DNA from: a bacterium
GTDB taxonomy: Bacteria; Electryoneota; JAOADG01
Assembly: GCA_963681965.1 (NCBI GenBank)
Contig: OY820579.1
Coordinates: 3,328,001-3,392,000 of the forward strand
Length of the DNA: 64,000 bases
Direction: 5' to 3'
Shown: positions 21,683 through 31,981 of the stretch, piece after piece
Numbering within the stretch: position 1 is the stretch's first letter
Layout of the letters: each line of letters starts with the position of its first letter
Notes under the pieces: generated by a model
Databases searched by the model: none
Told to the model about the DNA's origin: nothing
What the model saw: the letters and a program-made list of their open reading frames with translations, nothing else
Position numbers and translations under genes: made by a program

Positions 21683-23368
21683 ATGAAAAAGAAAATTCTA
21701 TTTTGGTTGAGAAGTCTCGGATCCAGTGTCGGCATCGGATTGATCGTACTGATTGCGTTGTTCTTTGTCGGATTTTCCTACTTTATCAGCATGGTCAGTT
21801 TAAAATCGGAGACTGCGGTCGATCACGAGAAATTGCGATTCATGTCGCACGATTTATCCAATGTTCTCACCGATCTCAGCGTCGAACCGTTCCGATCGTA
21901 TATCGATCAATTCCAAGCTTCATCGGAACAGTACGAAATGGGCGATATCAAAAGGCTCGTGACTGATTTCTCGGCAAAGCCGGGAGTGAAAAATGTGTAC
22001 TGGGTCGCTCCCGACTCGATTCTGATTTCCGCACATTCATACGCAAATCGCGAATGGCTTGCCGCATACCTCTGGGAAAAAAGGATGGCGTTCAACAGTA
22101 ACCCTTCGCGCGTCGGACGGCAAACGGATAGAATCGGTTTTCGATCCTATCTGGCGAAAGACGAACGTGTCTATCTGATGGGGATGATCCTTCCGGTTAA
22201 AAAAAAGCATACCGATTACAAGAAATGGATGCACGACAAAGCGAACTTCGGGAAATTTCTGATCGTTGAATTCGACCCGCAATTCTTTCACCAGACCATT
22301 CAGAATCACATGGACGCGGCGATCTCGCAATACAGCATCTTTTATGGCTGGACTTATCCCGAAATCGTTCCGTATTGCGGTTTTGGTATCATCAATCGAC
22401 AGATTCCCACCGACACGATCTGGTGGCATGGAGCGAAGAAATTCCGCGCCACCGCCGAGTGGCACTCGATGGTGCAGGGAACACCCGCCGGCGGCGAATG
22501 GTTCGATTGTCAGGTCTACCGTTCCATCAGCAATGAGGAGTACACTAAACGCAACTTCGGCACCAAAGCACTTCAATTTACCCTCAATGCCATCGCGATT
22601 CTCACAGTAGTATTTTTGCTCATCCTCTTAATGACGTACTGGAATACCCGCCGACTCTGGCTGGCACGCGAAACGGCACTCGATTATCTGGCACATTCGC
22701 TGAAAACACCAATCTCGCGCATTCGGTTGCGAGGCGAAATTCTGGCGCAGAAGCGGGTTGAATCGGAAGAAGTCGAACAGGCGACACTACACGGCATTAT
22801 CGACGAATGCGACCGGATGAATCGGACGGTTCTGAATTCATTGCTGATTGTGCGCGGCGAGATCAATCATGCCAAATTCAGTTCTGTTTCGTTAACGGAA
22901 TTGCTCGACGAGATAAAGAACAGTTGGAAACCGATATTCGATTCGGCACTGATCGATTTCACAGTAACCAATTCTCTCGACAATATTCATCTCCGCGGAA
23001 ATCGCGAATTGCTGGTCGTGCTCTGCGATAATTTACTGGACAATGCGTTCCGTGCCATCCGTAAAATGCGGCAGAGTGGGTCGGACAGCCCGATGACAGT
23101 TCAGGTTTCATTATCGGAGATGTCACCGAATGGAATCAGATTAACATTCGAGGATAGCGGAACCGGTTTCGATTCGAAACAATTGAAGCGTATTTTGAAA
23201 CAGCACTATCTTCCCGGAACCAGCAGTGAAAGCGATCCCGGAATCGGCATCGGGATGAGTCTGGTGAAGGAGATCGTTCAATTGCATCGCGGAAAAATCG
23301 CACTATCGAATCGCGCCAGCGGCGGTGCCGTCGTGACGATCGATTTTCCGCTCGACCTCAAAAAATAG
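21683..23368 (+). CDS. Membrane sensor histidine kinase
   Basis: Two TM segments, H-box 'LAHSLKTP', 'NLLDNA', 'EDSGTG', 'GIGIGMSLV'. ATG 21683 follows GGAG. Confidence 0.88.
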   Translation: MKKKILFWLRSLGSSVGIGLIVLIALFFVGFSYFISMVSLKSETAVDHEKLRFMSHDLSNVLTDLSVEPFRSYIDQFQASSEQYEMGDIKRLVTDFSAKPGVKNVYWVAPDSILISAHSYANREWLAAYLWEKRMAFNSNPSRVGRQTDRIGFRSYLAKDERVYLMGMILPVKKKHTDYKKWMHDKANFGKFLIVEFDPQFFHQTIQNHMDAAISQYSIFYGWTYPEIVPYCGFGIINRQIPTDTIWWHGAKKFRATAEWHSMVQGTPAGGEWFDCQVYRSISNEEYTKRNFGTKALQFTLNAIAILTVVFLLILLMTYWNTRRLWLARETALDYLAHSLKTPISRIRLRGEILAQKRVESEEVEQATLHGIIDECDRMNRTVLNSLLIVRGEINHAKFSSVSLTELLDEIKNSWKPIFDSALIDFTVTNSLDNIHLRGNRELLVVLCDNLLDNAFRAIRKMRQSGSDSPMTVQVSLSEMSPNGIRLTFEDSGTGFDSKQLKRILKQHYLPGTSSESDPGIGIGMSLVKEIVQLHRGKIALSNRASGGAVVTIDFPLDLKK

Positions 23369-23382
23369 CGATTGCGAATCCT

Positions 23383-24084
23383 ATGGCACAAATCTTAATC
23401 ATCGAAGACGACGCTGTGATCGGAGAAGCGCTCCGGTCACAGCTCGCGATGGAAGGATTTGCCACGAAGTGGGTGACGAACGGTCGTCAGGGATTGAAAG
23501 AGGCGTCCTCCGGTGCGTACCAGCTCATTCTGCTAGATCTGATGCTGCCATTGCTCGACGGCATGCACATCCTGAAACGGATTCGCGAACAGAAGGTATT
23601 GACTCCCGTTATCATCGTTACCGCGAAAACCGCCGAAGCGGAAAAACTGTCCGGCTTTCAACAGGGATGCGACGATTATGTCACGAAACCGTTTTCGATC
23701 ATCGAGCTGATCGCCCGGATCCGCGCGGTATTGCGGCGTTCCGGCTATCGCGAGGAACGCAATCCGATCAGTCTCGAAGGACTGCTGATCGATCCGAATC
23801 AACGCACCGTAACATATCGTCAAACTGCAATCGACCTCGCGCCGAAAGAATTCGAATTACTCTATCGGCTTGCAATGCGCCCCGGACAGGTTCTTGCACG
23901 CGATTATTTATTCGAGCAGATTTGGGGCGAGCAAACCGATTCGACCAATCGCACCGTCGATACGCACATCGCATCGCTGCGCAGTAAATTGGAAGCGGCA
24001 CAATTCAAGCAATACACGATTGTTGCCTGCTATAAAGTTGGCTATAAACTCATCCAATCGCCGTCCTTTTCTCAGCCGGATTAA
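23383..24084 (+). CDS. OmpR-family response regulator
   Basis: Receiver 'ILIIEDD..DLMLP..DDYVTKPF' and winged helix 'RTVDTHIASLRSKL'. Confidence 0.93.
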   Translation: MAQILIIEDDAVIGEALRSQLAMEGFATKWVTNGRQGLKEASSGAYQLILLDLMLPLLDGMHILKRIREQKVLTPVIIVTAKTAEAEKLSGFQQGCDDYVTKPFSIIELIARIRAVLRRSGYREERNPISLEGLLIDPNQRTVTYRQTAIDLAPKEFELLYRLAMRPGQVLARDYLFEQIWGEQTDSTNRTVDTHIASLRSKLEAAQFKQYTIVACYKVGYKLIQSPSFSQPD

Positions 24085-24141
24085 TCAACAAATAGTAATT
24101 CCGTAACTTAATTATCATTAATCCAAATTTATGCTTCATCT

Positions 24142-24452
24142 GTCATAGGGATAACGGAAGGGATATCGCGGTTTGGGTTGACCTTCTGGATGTGCGTCGG
24201 AGGAAGACACTTCAAGCTGTGCAACTGTTGCGGTCAAAACTGCTTGATGTGCGTGACGTGAGACGAGTCGGTTGATCATGAGTGATTGCCGAATTGTTTA
24301 AAATGGGTAGAACACCGATTACACCCGGTTAGCAAGATCTGATCCCGGGAGAGCGATTAGATGGTCGCTGCTTATTTCCAAGGTGTAGTCGTTTCCGTCT
24401 TATGGCGCGTTTCCGATCGGGAAAATGGCTGACGAAAGTCAGCCATTTTTTT
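24142..24452 (+). ncRNA. Putative structured non-coding RNA, family not recognised
   Basis: End-to-end pairing, several G-U-containing stems, a -10-like TATGCT at 24130-24135, and a strong terminator. Confidence 0.55.
24422..24452 (+). terminator. Intrinsic terminator
   Basis: AAAATGGCTGAC-GAAA-GTCAGCCATTTT followed by a T-tract. Confidence 0.85.
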
Positions 24453-24490
24453 GTTTTCGCAACTTGTGAAGATAAGTAATTATCATCAGT

Positions 24491-24802
24491 AGTAGGGGCG
24501 GGTCCCCGCGCACGCCCGTTGAGACAATGCAGTCTTCTGTTTTTGTCTTTGCGAGGAACGAAGAGAAGAAACATGCGTAGCATTTTCGTAACGTAGTGAC
24601 GAAGCAACCGCGCAGCGCTCACTGAAGGTAAACTCCTCTTTTGAATCTAATAATAAAACTACAAGAGTAGATTGCCACAGCCCCTGCAGGGCTTCGCAAT
24701 GACAGATCAACAAAATGGGTGTTGGGTAATGGGTGGTAGGTGGTGGGAAAAGATAAAGAAAATGATTCAAGACCGGGCGGCCGCGGGGAGCCGCCCCTAC
24801 TA
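24491..24802. repeat. Mosaic REP-like array
   Basis: GTAGGGGCGGG..CGCCC hairpins plus TGTC(A/T)TTGCGA..GCAA-type palindromes. Confidence 0.8.
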
Positions 24803-24873
24803 CCGATTACAACTTTTTTTTAGGTAATATTTTATCTATTAATGCAAACAAGAATCACGGATGGAATTGCGAC

Positions 24874-26001
24874 TCACAACAAAAATTGCGTGATCGCATT
24901 TTCCCGCACCAATCCCGCCGTCGTTAAAATCAATCGGCGATCATTCACCACTCCCCACCCTTGTGCAACGATCTTTTCCACGCGCTCCGGATCGACGGAA
25001 AATTCACATCCCGACAAATCCAATCCGGTACTCAACCGCAAACTCATCGCGATCGTTTCGATGCGATGTTGTTCGTCGCTGATCGGTTCCCAGCCGGAAT
25101 CGCAGACGGCATCGGGCAGTGCCGCCGACCACTGCTGCAAATCGGAGCGATTCGCGTAGCGGGCAACACCGTCGTAACCGTGTGCCGACGGACCACAGGC
25201 GAGATACGGGATCCCCGTCCAATAGGCGAGATTGTGCTGCGACGCGTGACCGGGTTTCGCAAAATTAGATAGTTCATATCGTGAATAATTGGCGTTGCCC
25301 AGCAACTCGAACGACAATTGCAGTTGCCGTTCGGTCAGCGTTTCCTCGGGCAATGCGAATTCTTCGCGCAAGAACCGTTGCCAGTAGGCGCTTCCCGGCT
25401 CAACGATCAATGAATAACAGGAAATGTGATCGAATTCCAGTGCGACTGCCTGCCGTAGGGTATCGATCCAATTCGCTTCGCTGCCGAATGGAAGTGCATA
25501 GATCAGATCGCAGGAGACCGATGCGAACCCCGCATCCCGCGCAGCATCTACCGCCAGTGCCGCGTCGCGCGGGGTGTGTGCGCGTCCCAATTGTTTCAAC
25601 TCATCGACCTGAAAACTCTGGACACCGAGCGAGAGCCGGTTGATTCCGGCAGCGCGAAACGCGGTGAATTTGTCGCGATCTTCGGGATTGGCTTCGAGCG
25701 TGATTTCGGCAGTGTCGGTCAATCCATAGCAGCGCCATTCCGCAATCCACTCCGCGACGATTGCCGGATCGAGCAGCGATGGTGTTCCGCCGCCGAAATA
25801 GAGTGTGAAGGGGGCACGATCGCGAAACGCGGGGTGCTGCCGTCGCAATCGCCACTCTTGCGGCAGCTTGGTGCAGAAGGCGTCCAGTTGCTTCGCACCA
25901 TCCGTACGCAAATAAAAATCGCAATACGGGCAACGCTTCCGGCAGAACGGGATATGCAGGTAGACGGCGTAGTGGGGTTGATCATGGTTAAGCGCATACA
26001 T
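24874..26001 (-). CDS. hemW: Radical SAM heme chaperone HemW
   Basis: 'YLHIPFCRKRCPYCDF', 'GGGTPS', 'YELSNFA', 'HNLAYW'. Confidence 0.92.
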   Translation of the reverse strand: MYALNHDQPHYAVYLHIPFCRKRCPYCDFYLRTDGAKQLDAFCTKLPQEWRLRRQHPAFRDRAPFTLYFGGGTPSLLDPAIVAEWIAEWRCYGLTDTAEITLEANPEDRDKFTAFRAAGINRLSLGVQSFQVDELKQLGRAHTPRDAALAVDAARDAGFASVSCDLIYALPFGSEANWIDTLRQAVALEFDHISCYSLIVEPGSAYWQRFLREEFALPEETLTERQLQLSFELLGNANYSRYELSNFAKPGHASQHNLAYWTGIPYLACGPSAHGYDGVARYANRSDLQQWSAALPDAVCDSGWEPISDEQHRIETIAMSLRLSTGLDLSGCEFSVDPERVEKIVAQGWGVVNDRRLILTTAGLVRENAITQFLL

Positions 26002-26194
26002 AATTCAATATATCACATTTACTTGATTGTATGACACACGATTCTGATCGCGGACGCAGAAATATTGGTATCCCAGAAAACGGTGGCAAAATATTCAGAA
26101 TTCAGATAATTTGCTTTACATGCATTCTTAGATAATATATATTAATTGGGTCAGATGTGATATTTATTCAGAATACTATGAAGTGGAGTGACTG

Positions 26195-28297
26195 ATGTGC
26201 CCTTCGCGAACTCTTCGAACCCCGATTTATATTTTTCTAACACTACTCACAATTGTCCACGTACCCAGATGTTATGGATTAACCTGGGAATGGCAAAATT
26301 CGCTCCCGCAAGGCAATCAACTCAATTCAGTGGTATTTATCGATTCCACGACCGGTTGGGCAGTCGGAGCGGTGGGAACGATTATCCACACGACCGATGC
26401 CGGAAGCAGTTGGACAATTCAGGAAAGCGGAACAATCAACACCCTGAATGATATCACATTCTCCAACCCCCAAACCGGTTGGATTGTGGGCGATTCCGGA
26501 ACAGCACTTCAATCGACCGATGGTGGCAGACATTGGTTCAGTCTATCTTTAAATTCTGGTCGCGGTATCTGTATCAAGTTTATCGATCCGTTACATGGCT
26601 ATCTCGTCGGAGGGTATGGCGTATTGCGCACTACTGATGGCGGAAACCGGTGGACTAGGGTCAATACACCTGTCGGCGGAATCGCTTTTGTCGATACGGC
26701 AAATGGCTGGGTGGTAGGTGGCAATAGTATCAGCAATACCACCAATGGCGGTCGAAACTGGTCATGGACCACATTGACGAATATCAGTCAACTGAAAGCG
26801 CCTCAATTCACTGATATCAATCACGGCTGGGTTGCTCATAGTCGTGGAGTCATTCGGACTTCCAATTCCGGATATAGCTGGATTCCATCATTGAATATCA
26901 GCATTGCATTCAATCATCTCACTTTCATCAATTCCAGTATCGGCTGGGCGGTCGGCGAGCGTGGTCGTATCTACCATACCACCAACGGGGGACTGTCCTG
27001 GATCCAACAGACCAACCCCGATACAACTGCCAGTTTACATAGCGTTTCGTTTACCGATGCGCAAAACGGGTGGATAGTTGGCACTGTGAACTATTATAAC
27101 TCCATCATACTACGCACGACCGACGGTGGCGGACACTGGCAGGAAATAACGCAGGGTACCCGCCGATCGCTTCATCAGTCGGTGTTTTGCGATTCCCGTA
27201 ATGGTTGGGTGGTGGGAGATACCGGAACTATTCTTCACACATCCAATGGCGGACGAAATTGGGAAAATCAGCTCGGAGATACGAATACAGATCTCTATCG
27301 GATTTCCTTTCCCGATACGTTAAATGGCTGGGCAACCGGGTATCATAACACAACAAATTCTTTATTCCATACATCCGATGGCGGTATTCATTGGACTAGT
27401 CAGACCTTTGATTCGATTTACTCACTCGATAAAATATTTTTTGTCGATCGTTTCACCGGATGGATTGCAACTGGATCTTCGTTCTTGCATACCACGGATG
27501 GCGGGAACAACTGGCTTCATCAACCATCGGGAGCCTACTATATCCACGATTTCCAATTTATCAATGCCGATACCGGCTGGGCAGTGGGAGATATCGGTCG
27601 TTTTTATTGGACGACTGACGGTGGAGACAGTTGGAACAATCAAGTGATCGGATCCACTCGCGATTTTACTAGCCTCACTTTTACCGATATTCGAAATGGC
27701 TGGATCGTCGGGGTCAATGGCACGATCCTTCACACGACAACTGGCGGAACCGGGTGGATGTATCAGTTTTGCACCCCACTCGTGGATCTGATCTGCGTCG
27801 CGTTTTGCGATTCCCTTAACGGATTGATTGTCGGTGCGAATGGGAGTGTATTTCGAACCACAAACGGCGGAAATATCTGGGAATTTCAAACGCGAATAAC
27901 TAATTCGAATTTGACGTCAATCACGTACCTCGACACCAATCACATTTGGATCGTCGGTGAAAACGGTACTATTCTATTTTCATCCAATGGTGGTACTACG
28001 TTTATCGAAGACCACAGCGCGATTTCCCATCCGACCAGTTTCAACCTGATTACGATTTATCCTAATCCATTTAACGCAACCACGACGGTATCGTACACCA
28101 TTCCGAAGACAAGTGCGGTGACGCTGAAGTTGTACGACGTGAATGGTCGCGAGGTCGAAACACTCGTGAACACCAATCAGAAACCGGGTACATATCGCGT
28201 ATCAATCGATGGCTGTAGACTTGCCTCCGGCACCTACTTCGCACAACTCAGGGCTGGCAATTTCTCGCAAACCCGTAAAATTGTATTGTTGCGATAG
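26195..28297 (+). CDS. Secreted YCF48/BNR-repeat beta-propeller protein with CTD
   Basis: Many 'GW(A/I)VG..GTILHTTDGG..W' repeats and C-terminal 'YPNPFNATT...KIVLLR'. Confidence 0.9.
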   Translation: MCPSRTLRTPIYIFLTLLTIVHVPRCYGLTWEWQNSLPQGNQLNSVVFIDSTTGWAVGAVGTIIHTTDAGSSWTIQESGTINTLNDITFSNPQTGWIVGDSGTALQSTDGGRHWFSLSLNSGRGICIKFIDPLHGYLVGGYGVLRTTDGGNRWTRVNTPVGGIAFVDTANGWVVGGNSISNTTNGGRNWSWTTLTNISQLKAPQFTDINHGWVAHSRGVIRTSNSGYSWIPSLNISIAFNHLTFINSSIGWAVGERGRIYHTTNGGLSWIQQTNPDTTASLHSVSFTDAQNGWIVGTVNYYNSIILRTTDGGGHWQEITQGTRRSLHQSVFCDSRNGWVVGDTGTILHTSNGGRNWENQLGDTNTDLYRISFPDTLNGWATGYHNTTNSLFHTSDGGIHWTSQTFDSIYSLDKIFFVDRFTGWIATGSSFLHTTDGGNNWLHQPSGAYYIHDFQFINADTGWAVGDIGRFYWTTDGGDSWNNQVIGSTRDFTSLTFTDIRNGWIVGVNGTILHTTTGGTGWMYQFCTPLVDLICVAFCDSLNGLIVGANGSVFRTTNGGNIWEFQTRITNSNLTSITYLDTNHIWIVGENGTILFSSNGGTTFIEDHSAISHPTSFNLITIYPNPFNATTTVSYTIPKTSAVTLKLYDVNGREVETLVNTNQKPGTYRVSIDGCRLASGTYFAQLRAGNFSQTRKIVLLR

Positions 28298-28349
28298 GGA
28301 ACAGATCGGTGTTGGGGATTGGGGAAAAGAAATTAATAGAGATACAAAA

Positions 28350-28892
28350 ACGGGCGCATTCGTTAGCTAACAGACGGTCGCCCGTTCTTGTATCTTGTAT
28401 CCTGCAAAATTGTTCAACTCCGATTGGCAAATCCCTTCTTTTCCGTAGGTCAGAACTTGTTCTGACCATTTCTTGCATACTGATTGTGTCGTTACGAAGC
28501 CCCGCAGGGGCTGTGGCAATCTTCCTGCTGGAGATGGCCCTTCAGTGCCGTAATCTGTTCCTCTTTTTTGAGAATCATTGGAAAGAGAAGCAACAGACAA
28601 AGAATCAAAAAAACAAATGATACGGGCCTAAAGGGCCATCTCCGAAAAGAAGGGGATACAAATTTGAATTCGAGGGAGTGTGATTTATAGGGGAATTTTC
28701 CGGACACAAGAGGATCGCAGGCTCGGAGGCCTGCGCCACCAACAGAATGGGTGGTAGGTGTTGGGGATGGGGATTGGGAAAAGACGAAAAGAGTAGGTTG
28801 CCACGTCTGCCGCTTCGCGTCGTCCTCGCAACGACAGAACAGGATAAAGGAAAAAAATACTAGAACGGGCGGACACGGGGGTCCGCCCCTAC
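28350..28892. repeat. Mosaic REP-like array
   Basis: Same palindrome families, some degenerate, with heptamer tracts. Confidence 0.8.
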
Positions 28893-28974
28893 TGAAAAAG
28901 GATCTACGTGAGTTTCCGCCTCACAAAAAAATGAAATTTTCCTCTCTCGACGATATTTGCTTACATTATCCCCC

Positions 28975-30795
28975 ATGCACCCTTTTAAACGGTTACTTCT
29001 GCTCGGTCGAGATCAGTGGCGTCTGCTCCCGCTGGCTCTGTTCGCCGCGATCATGTACGTGGTCTCGAACAGCGCTGTGATGTGGATCGTCGCCAGCTTC
29101 CTCACACTGATCTTCTCGCCCGACAAAGCCCCGTCCGCGCAAGCCTTCAACGGCGACTGGTCGAATATCAACGAAGCGCTGAAAGCGTTCACCTGGCAGG
29201 TGATCGGCGGGGGCGAACCGTTCGACAAGATCAAACGTGTCAGTATCCTGATCCTCATCATCTATACCGTCGCCGGTGCCAGCAAATTCCTGCAGGAACG
29301 AACCCTCGCGCTGATCGAACAACGGCTCGCGCTCCGCGTCCGCGAAAAGCTGTACGAGCACTACTTGAAACAGGGTCTCGGTTTCTTCCACCGCCGTAAA
29401 TCCGGCGAATTGATGACACTGCTGGTCAGCGACGCACAAACACTGAATCAGAATTTGACCAAAGTCTTCGGGATCTTCCTGCGCGATCCCGCCATCGTGA
29501 TCCTCTCGTTTGTGCTGCTCGCCGCGATCTCGTGGCAACTGCTCCTGCTCACCTTGATCATCGGTCCGCTCGCCGGCTTCGTGATTCAAACCGTCGGCAG
29601 CAGCCTGAAGCGCAAATCGACCCGGTTGCAACGCGCACTGGAAGAACTGACGGTGCTCATCAGCGAACGGTTGAACGGCGTACTGCTGATCAAATCGAGC
29701 GGCACGGAACAGCAGGAAGGTCAACGCTTTGCCGCAGCGAATCAGATGGTGTTCAAGCGCTCGTTCAAACAGCGCGAATTGGATATTCTCGGCGTGCCAC
29801 TCACTGAAGTGGTCGGCATGGCGATTATCGTCGCGATCCTGCTGGTCGGCGGGTATAATGTGACTCAGACCGGAAACATGGGTTCCGAAGATTTCATGCG
29901 GTTCATCGTGATCATGTTCTCGATGCTCGCACCGGCACGATCGATCGCGAATGGCTGGGCATCGCTCAGTATCGTTACCGCCAGCGGCGTGCGGATTTTC
30001 AAGATGCTCGACACCGACGAATCGCTGCCGCAGACCACTACCCCGAAACCGCTGTTGGAAGCGGCTCAACCGATTATTTTCGATAACGTCAGCTTTAGCT
30101 ACGATCCCGCTCTGCCGGAAGTAGTCAAGGGAATGTCGCTGGAAATCCAACCGAATGAGACGATTGCGCTGGTAGGTTTGTCGGGCGCCGGGAAATCGAC
30201 CCTGTTCTCGCTGCTGCTGCGGCATTACGACCCGAACAGCGGCACGATCCGGCTGGGCAACAACGATATCCGCGACTATTCGCTGACCGACTACCGCCGT
30301 AAATTCGGCGTCGTCACACAGGAGACGATCCTGTTCCACGACACGGTGGCGTCCAACATTGCCTATGGCTGCGAGACGGCGACCCGGGAAGATGTGATCG
30401 CCGCAGCGAAACTCGCGTATGCCGACATCTTTATTCATCAGTTGGAAAATGGCTACGACACCATCATCGGCGACCGGGGCGTCCGGCTGTCGGGTGGTCA
30501 GCGGCAACGTATTTCATTGGCACGCGCCTTCGTTCGCAATCCGCATTATATCCTCCTCGACGAGGCGACTTCGAATTTGGATAGTGATAGCGAAGCATTG
30601 ATCCAGCGTGCACTCGATAACATGAAGAATTTACAGACGTTAATCGTGATTGCACACCGTCTGGCGACGGTTCGAAATGCCGATCGGATTGCGTTGATCG
30701 ATCAAGGGAAGTTGATCGATGTCGGCAGTTACGACGATTTGAACAACCGTTGCGAACTATTTTCGCGACTTAGCAAACAGCAATTTCTTTCGTAA
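28975..30795 (+). CDS. ABC exporter, fused permease/ATPase (MsbA-like)
   Basis: TM domain, Walker A 'GLSGAGKS', 'LSGGQRQR', 'LLDEATS', 'IAHRL'. Confidence 0.92.
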   Translation: MHPFKRLLLLGRDQWRLLPLALFAAIMYVVSNSAVMWIVASFLTLIFSPDKAPSAQAFNGDWSNINEALKAFTWQVIGGGEPFDKIKRVSILILIIYTVAGASKFLQERTLALIEQRLALRVREKLYEHYLKQGLGFFHRRKSGELMTLLVSDAQTLNQNLTKVFGIFLRDPAIVILSFVLLAAISWQLLLLTLIIGPLAGFVIQTVGSSLKRKSTRLQRALEELTVLISERLNGVLLIKSSGTEQQEGQRFAAANQMVFKRSFKQRELDILGVPLTEVVGMAIIVAILLVGGYNVTQTGNMGSEDFMRFIVIMFSMLAPARSIANGWASLSIVTASGVRIFKMLDTDESLPQTTTPKPLLEAAQPIIFDNVSFSYDPALPEVVKGMSLEIQPNETIALVGLSGAGKSTLFSLLLRHYDPNSGTIRLGNNDIRDYSLTDYRRKFGVVTQETILFHDTVASNIAYGCETATREDVIAAAKLAYADIFIHQLENGYDTIIGDRGVRLSGGQRQRISLARAFVRNPHYILLDEATSNLDSDSEALIQRALDNMKNLQTLIVIAHRLATVRNADRIALIDQGKLIDVGSYDDLNNRCELFSRLSKQQFLS

Positions 30796-30875
30796 CACCT
30801 CGGGTTAGAGGCGTTTGCATAATCTGTAAGTAGTTAATTTATAATTAGTACTGATTATTTGAAAAGTAGTTCGGC

Positions 30876-30904
30876 TTGACAACTCGATCGGAATACACTA
30901 CCTT
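30876..30904 (+). promoter_or_regulatory. Sigma70 promoter of tRNA-Phe-rplU-rpmA
   Basis: TTGACA-17 bp-TACCTT. Confidence 0.7.
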
Positions 30905-30948
30905 TCGATTTGCATTCTCGCGCAAGCTGTTGCGCGAAGCATTTTCAT

Positions 30949-31024
<76 letters not shown>

Positions 31025-31061
31025 GTTTCGTCTTTTTTTATCCAGATAGGATACTTACGTC

Positions 31062-31373
31062 ATGTACGCAATAGCAGAAATCAGCGGCACGCAAATCAAG
31101 ATCAGCAGCGGCGATATCGTTCGTGTCCCGCATCAGAAACTCGATGTCGGTACCAGTATCACGATCGACAAATTCCTGTTCGCCGTCAAGGACGATGGCA
31201 CTGTCGCGCTGGGCAAGCCGTATTTGAACGGTTCCGCAACCGCGACCGTCGTCGAACACGACCGCGACCCGAAAATTCATTTGCTCCACAAGAAACGCCG
31301 CAAAGGCTACATCAAGCAGGGCGGACACCGGCAGCAATTTTCAATGATTAAAATCGAATCGATGGCGCTCTAA
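31062..31373 (+). CDS. rplU: 50S ribosomal protein L21
   Basis: 'MYAIAEISGTQIK', 'KKRRKGY..GGHRQ'. Confidence 0.96.
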   Translation: MYAIAEISGTQIKISSGDIVRVPHQKLDVGTSITIDKFLFAVKDDGTVALGKPYLNGSATATVVEHDRDPKIHLLHKKRRKGYIKQGGHRQQFSMIKIESMAL

Positions 31374-31399
31374 GCGCAGCAGGGAATTTGGAGTAATTC

Positions 31400-31711
31400 A
31401 TGGCGCATAAAAAAGGTGTCGGCAGCTCGCGTAACGGTCGCGATTCGAAACCGAAGATGTTGGGTGTCAAGGCGGCAGGCGGCTCGTGGGTCGTACCCGG
31501 CAATATCATTGTTCGGCAGCGTGGTACGCAGTTTCATCCCGGCTTCAATGTCGGTATTGGACGCGATCACACGATCTTTGCGAAGATCGAAGGCAAGGTC
31601 AAATTCTACAAGCGGATGAATCGCAAGTGGATCATGGTCGAACCGGGTCTCAAGCCGTACTATGTCGACGATATCGAAGAGACCGAGATTGTGGCGGAAG
31701 TCGCTCAATAA
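31400..31711 (+). CDS. rpmA: 50S ribosomal protein L27
   Basis: '[16 protein letters not shown]', 'IIVRQRGT', 'GRDHTIFA'. Confidence 0.97.
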   Translation: MAHKKGVGSSRNGRDSKPKMLGVKAAGGSWVVPGNIIVRQRGTQFHPGFNVGIGRDHTIFAKIEGKVKFYKRMNRKWIMVEPGLKPYYVDDIEETEIVAEVAQ

Positions 31712-31732
31712 ATTTTTTACAATTGATTTTCG

Positions 31733-31764
31733 AAAGGCAGGCGGCAACGTCTGCCTTTTTTTTA
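31733..31764 (+). terminator. Intrinsic terminator after rpmA
   Basis: AAAGGCAGGCG-GCAA-CGTCTGCCTTT followed by a T-run. Confidence 0.85.
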
Positions 31765-31981
31765 TATCCCGATAAATTAGCTTGCGATTCCGAAAGTCGA
31801 CAACTACATTTTTACTATCATCATCTCTTTTCTGTTCTATTTTTTGAAAATAAGTTGTTATCGATAGTAGAGGCGGTTTGCGAACCGCCCGCATGTCAGG
31901 CGAGACCAGACACCGAATCCCTACAATTTATTTCCAAGAACCTCAATCATACTCTATCCCTATTTCTTTGCCGGAGTTGCC

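Noticed and set aside
24142-24420. SRP RNA, RNase P RNA, tmRNA or group II intron
   Set aside because: Their diagnostic motifs (SRP domain IV, GAGGAAAGUCC, tRNA-like ends, domain V) were not seen; GTGCG occurs, but alone it is uninformative.
28993-30507. 504-aa minus-strand ORF (and similar shadow ORFs)
   Set aside because: Antisense shadow of the GC-rich ABC transporter gene, with no protein-like motifs.
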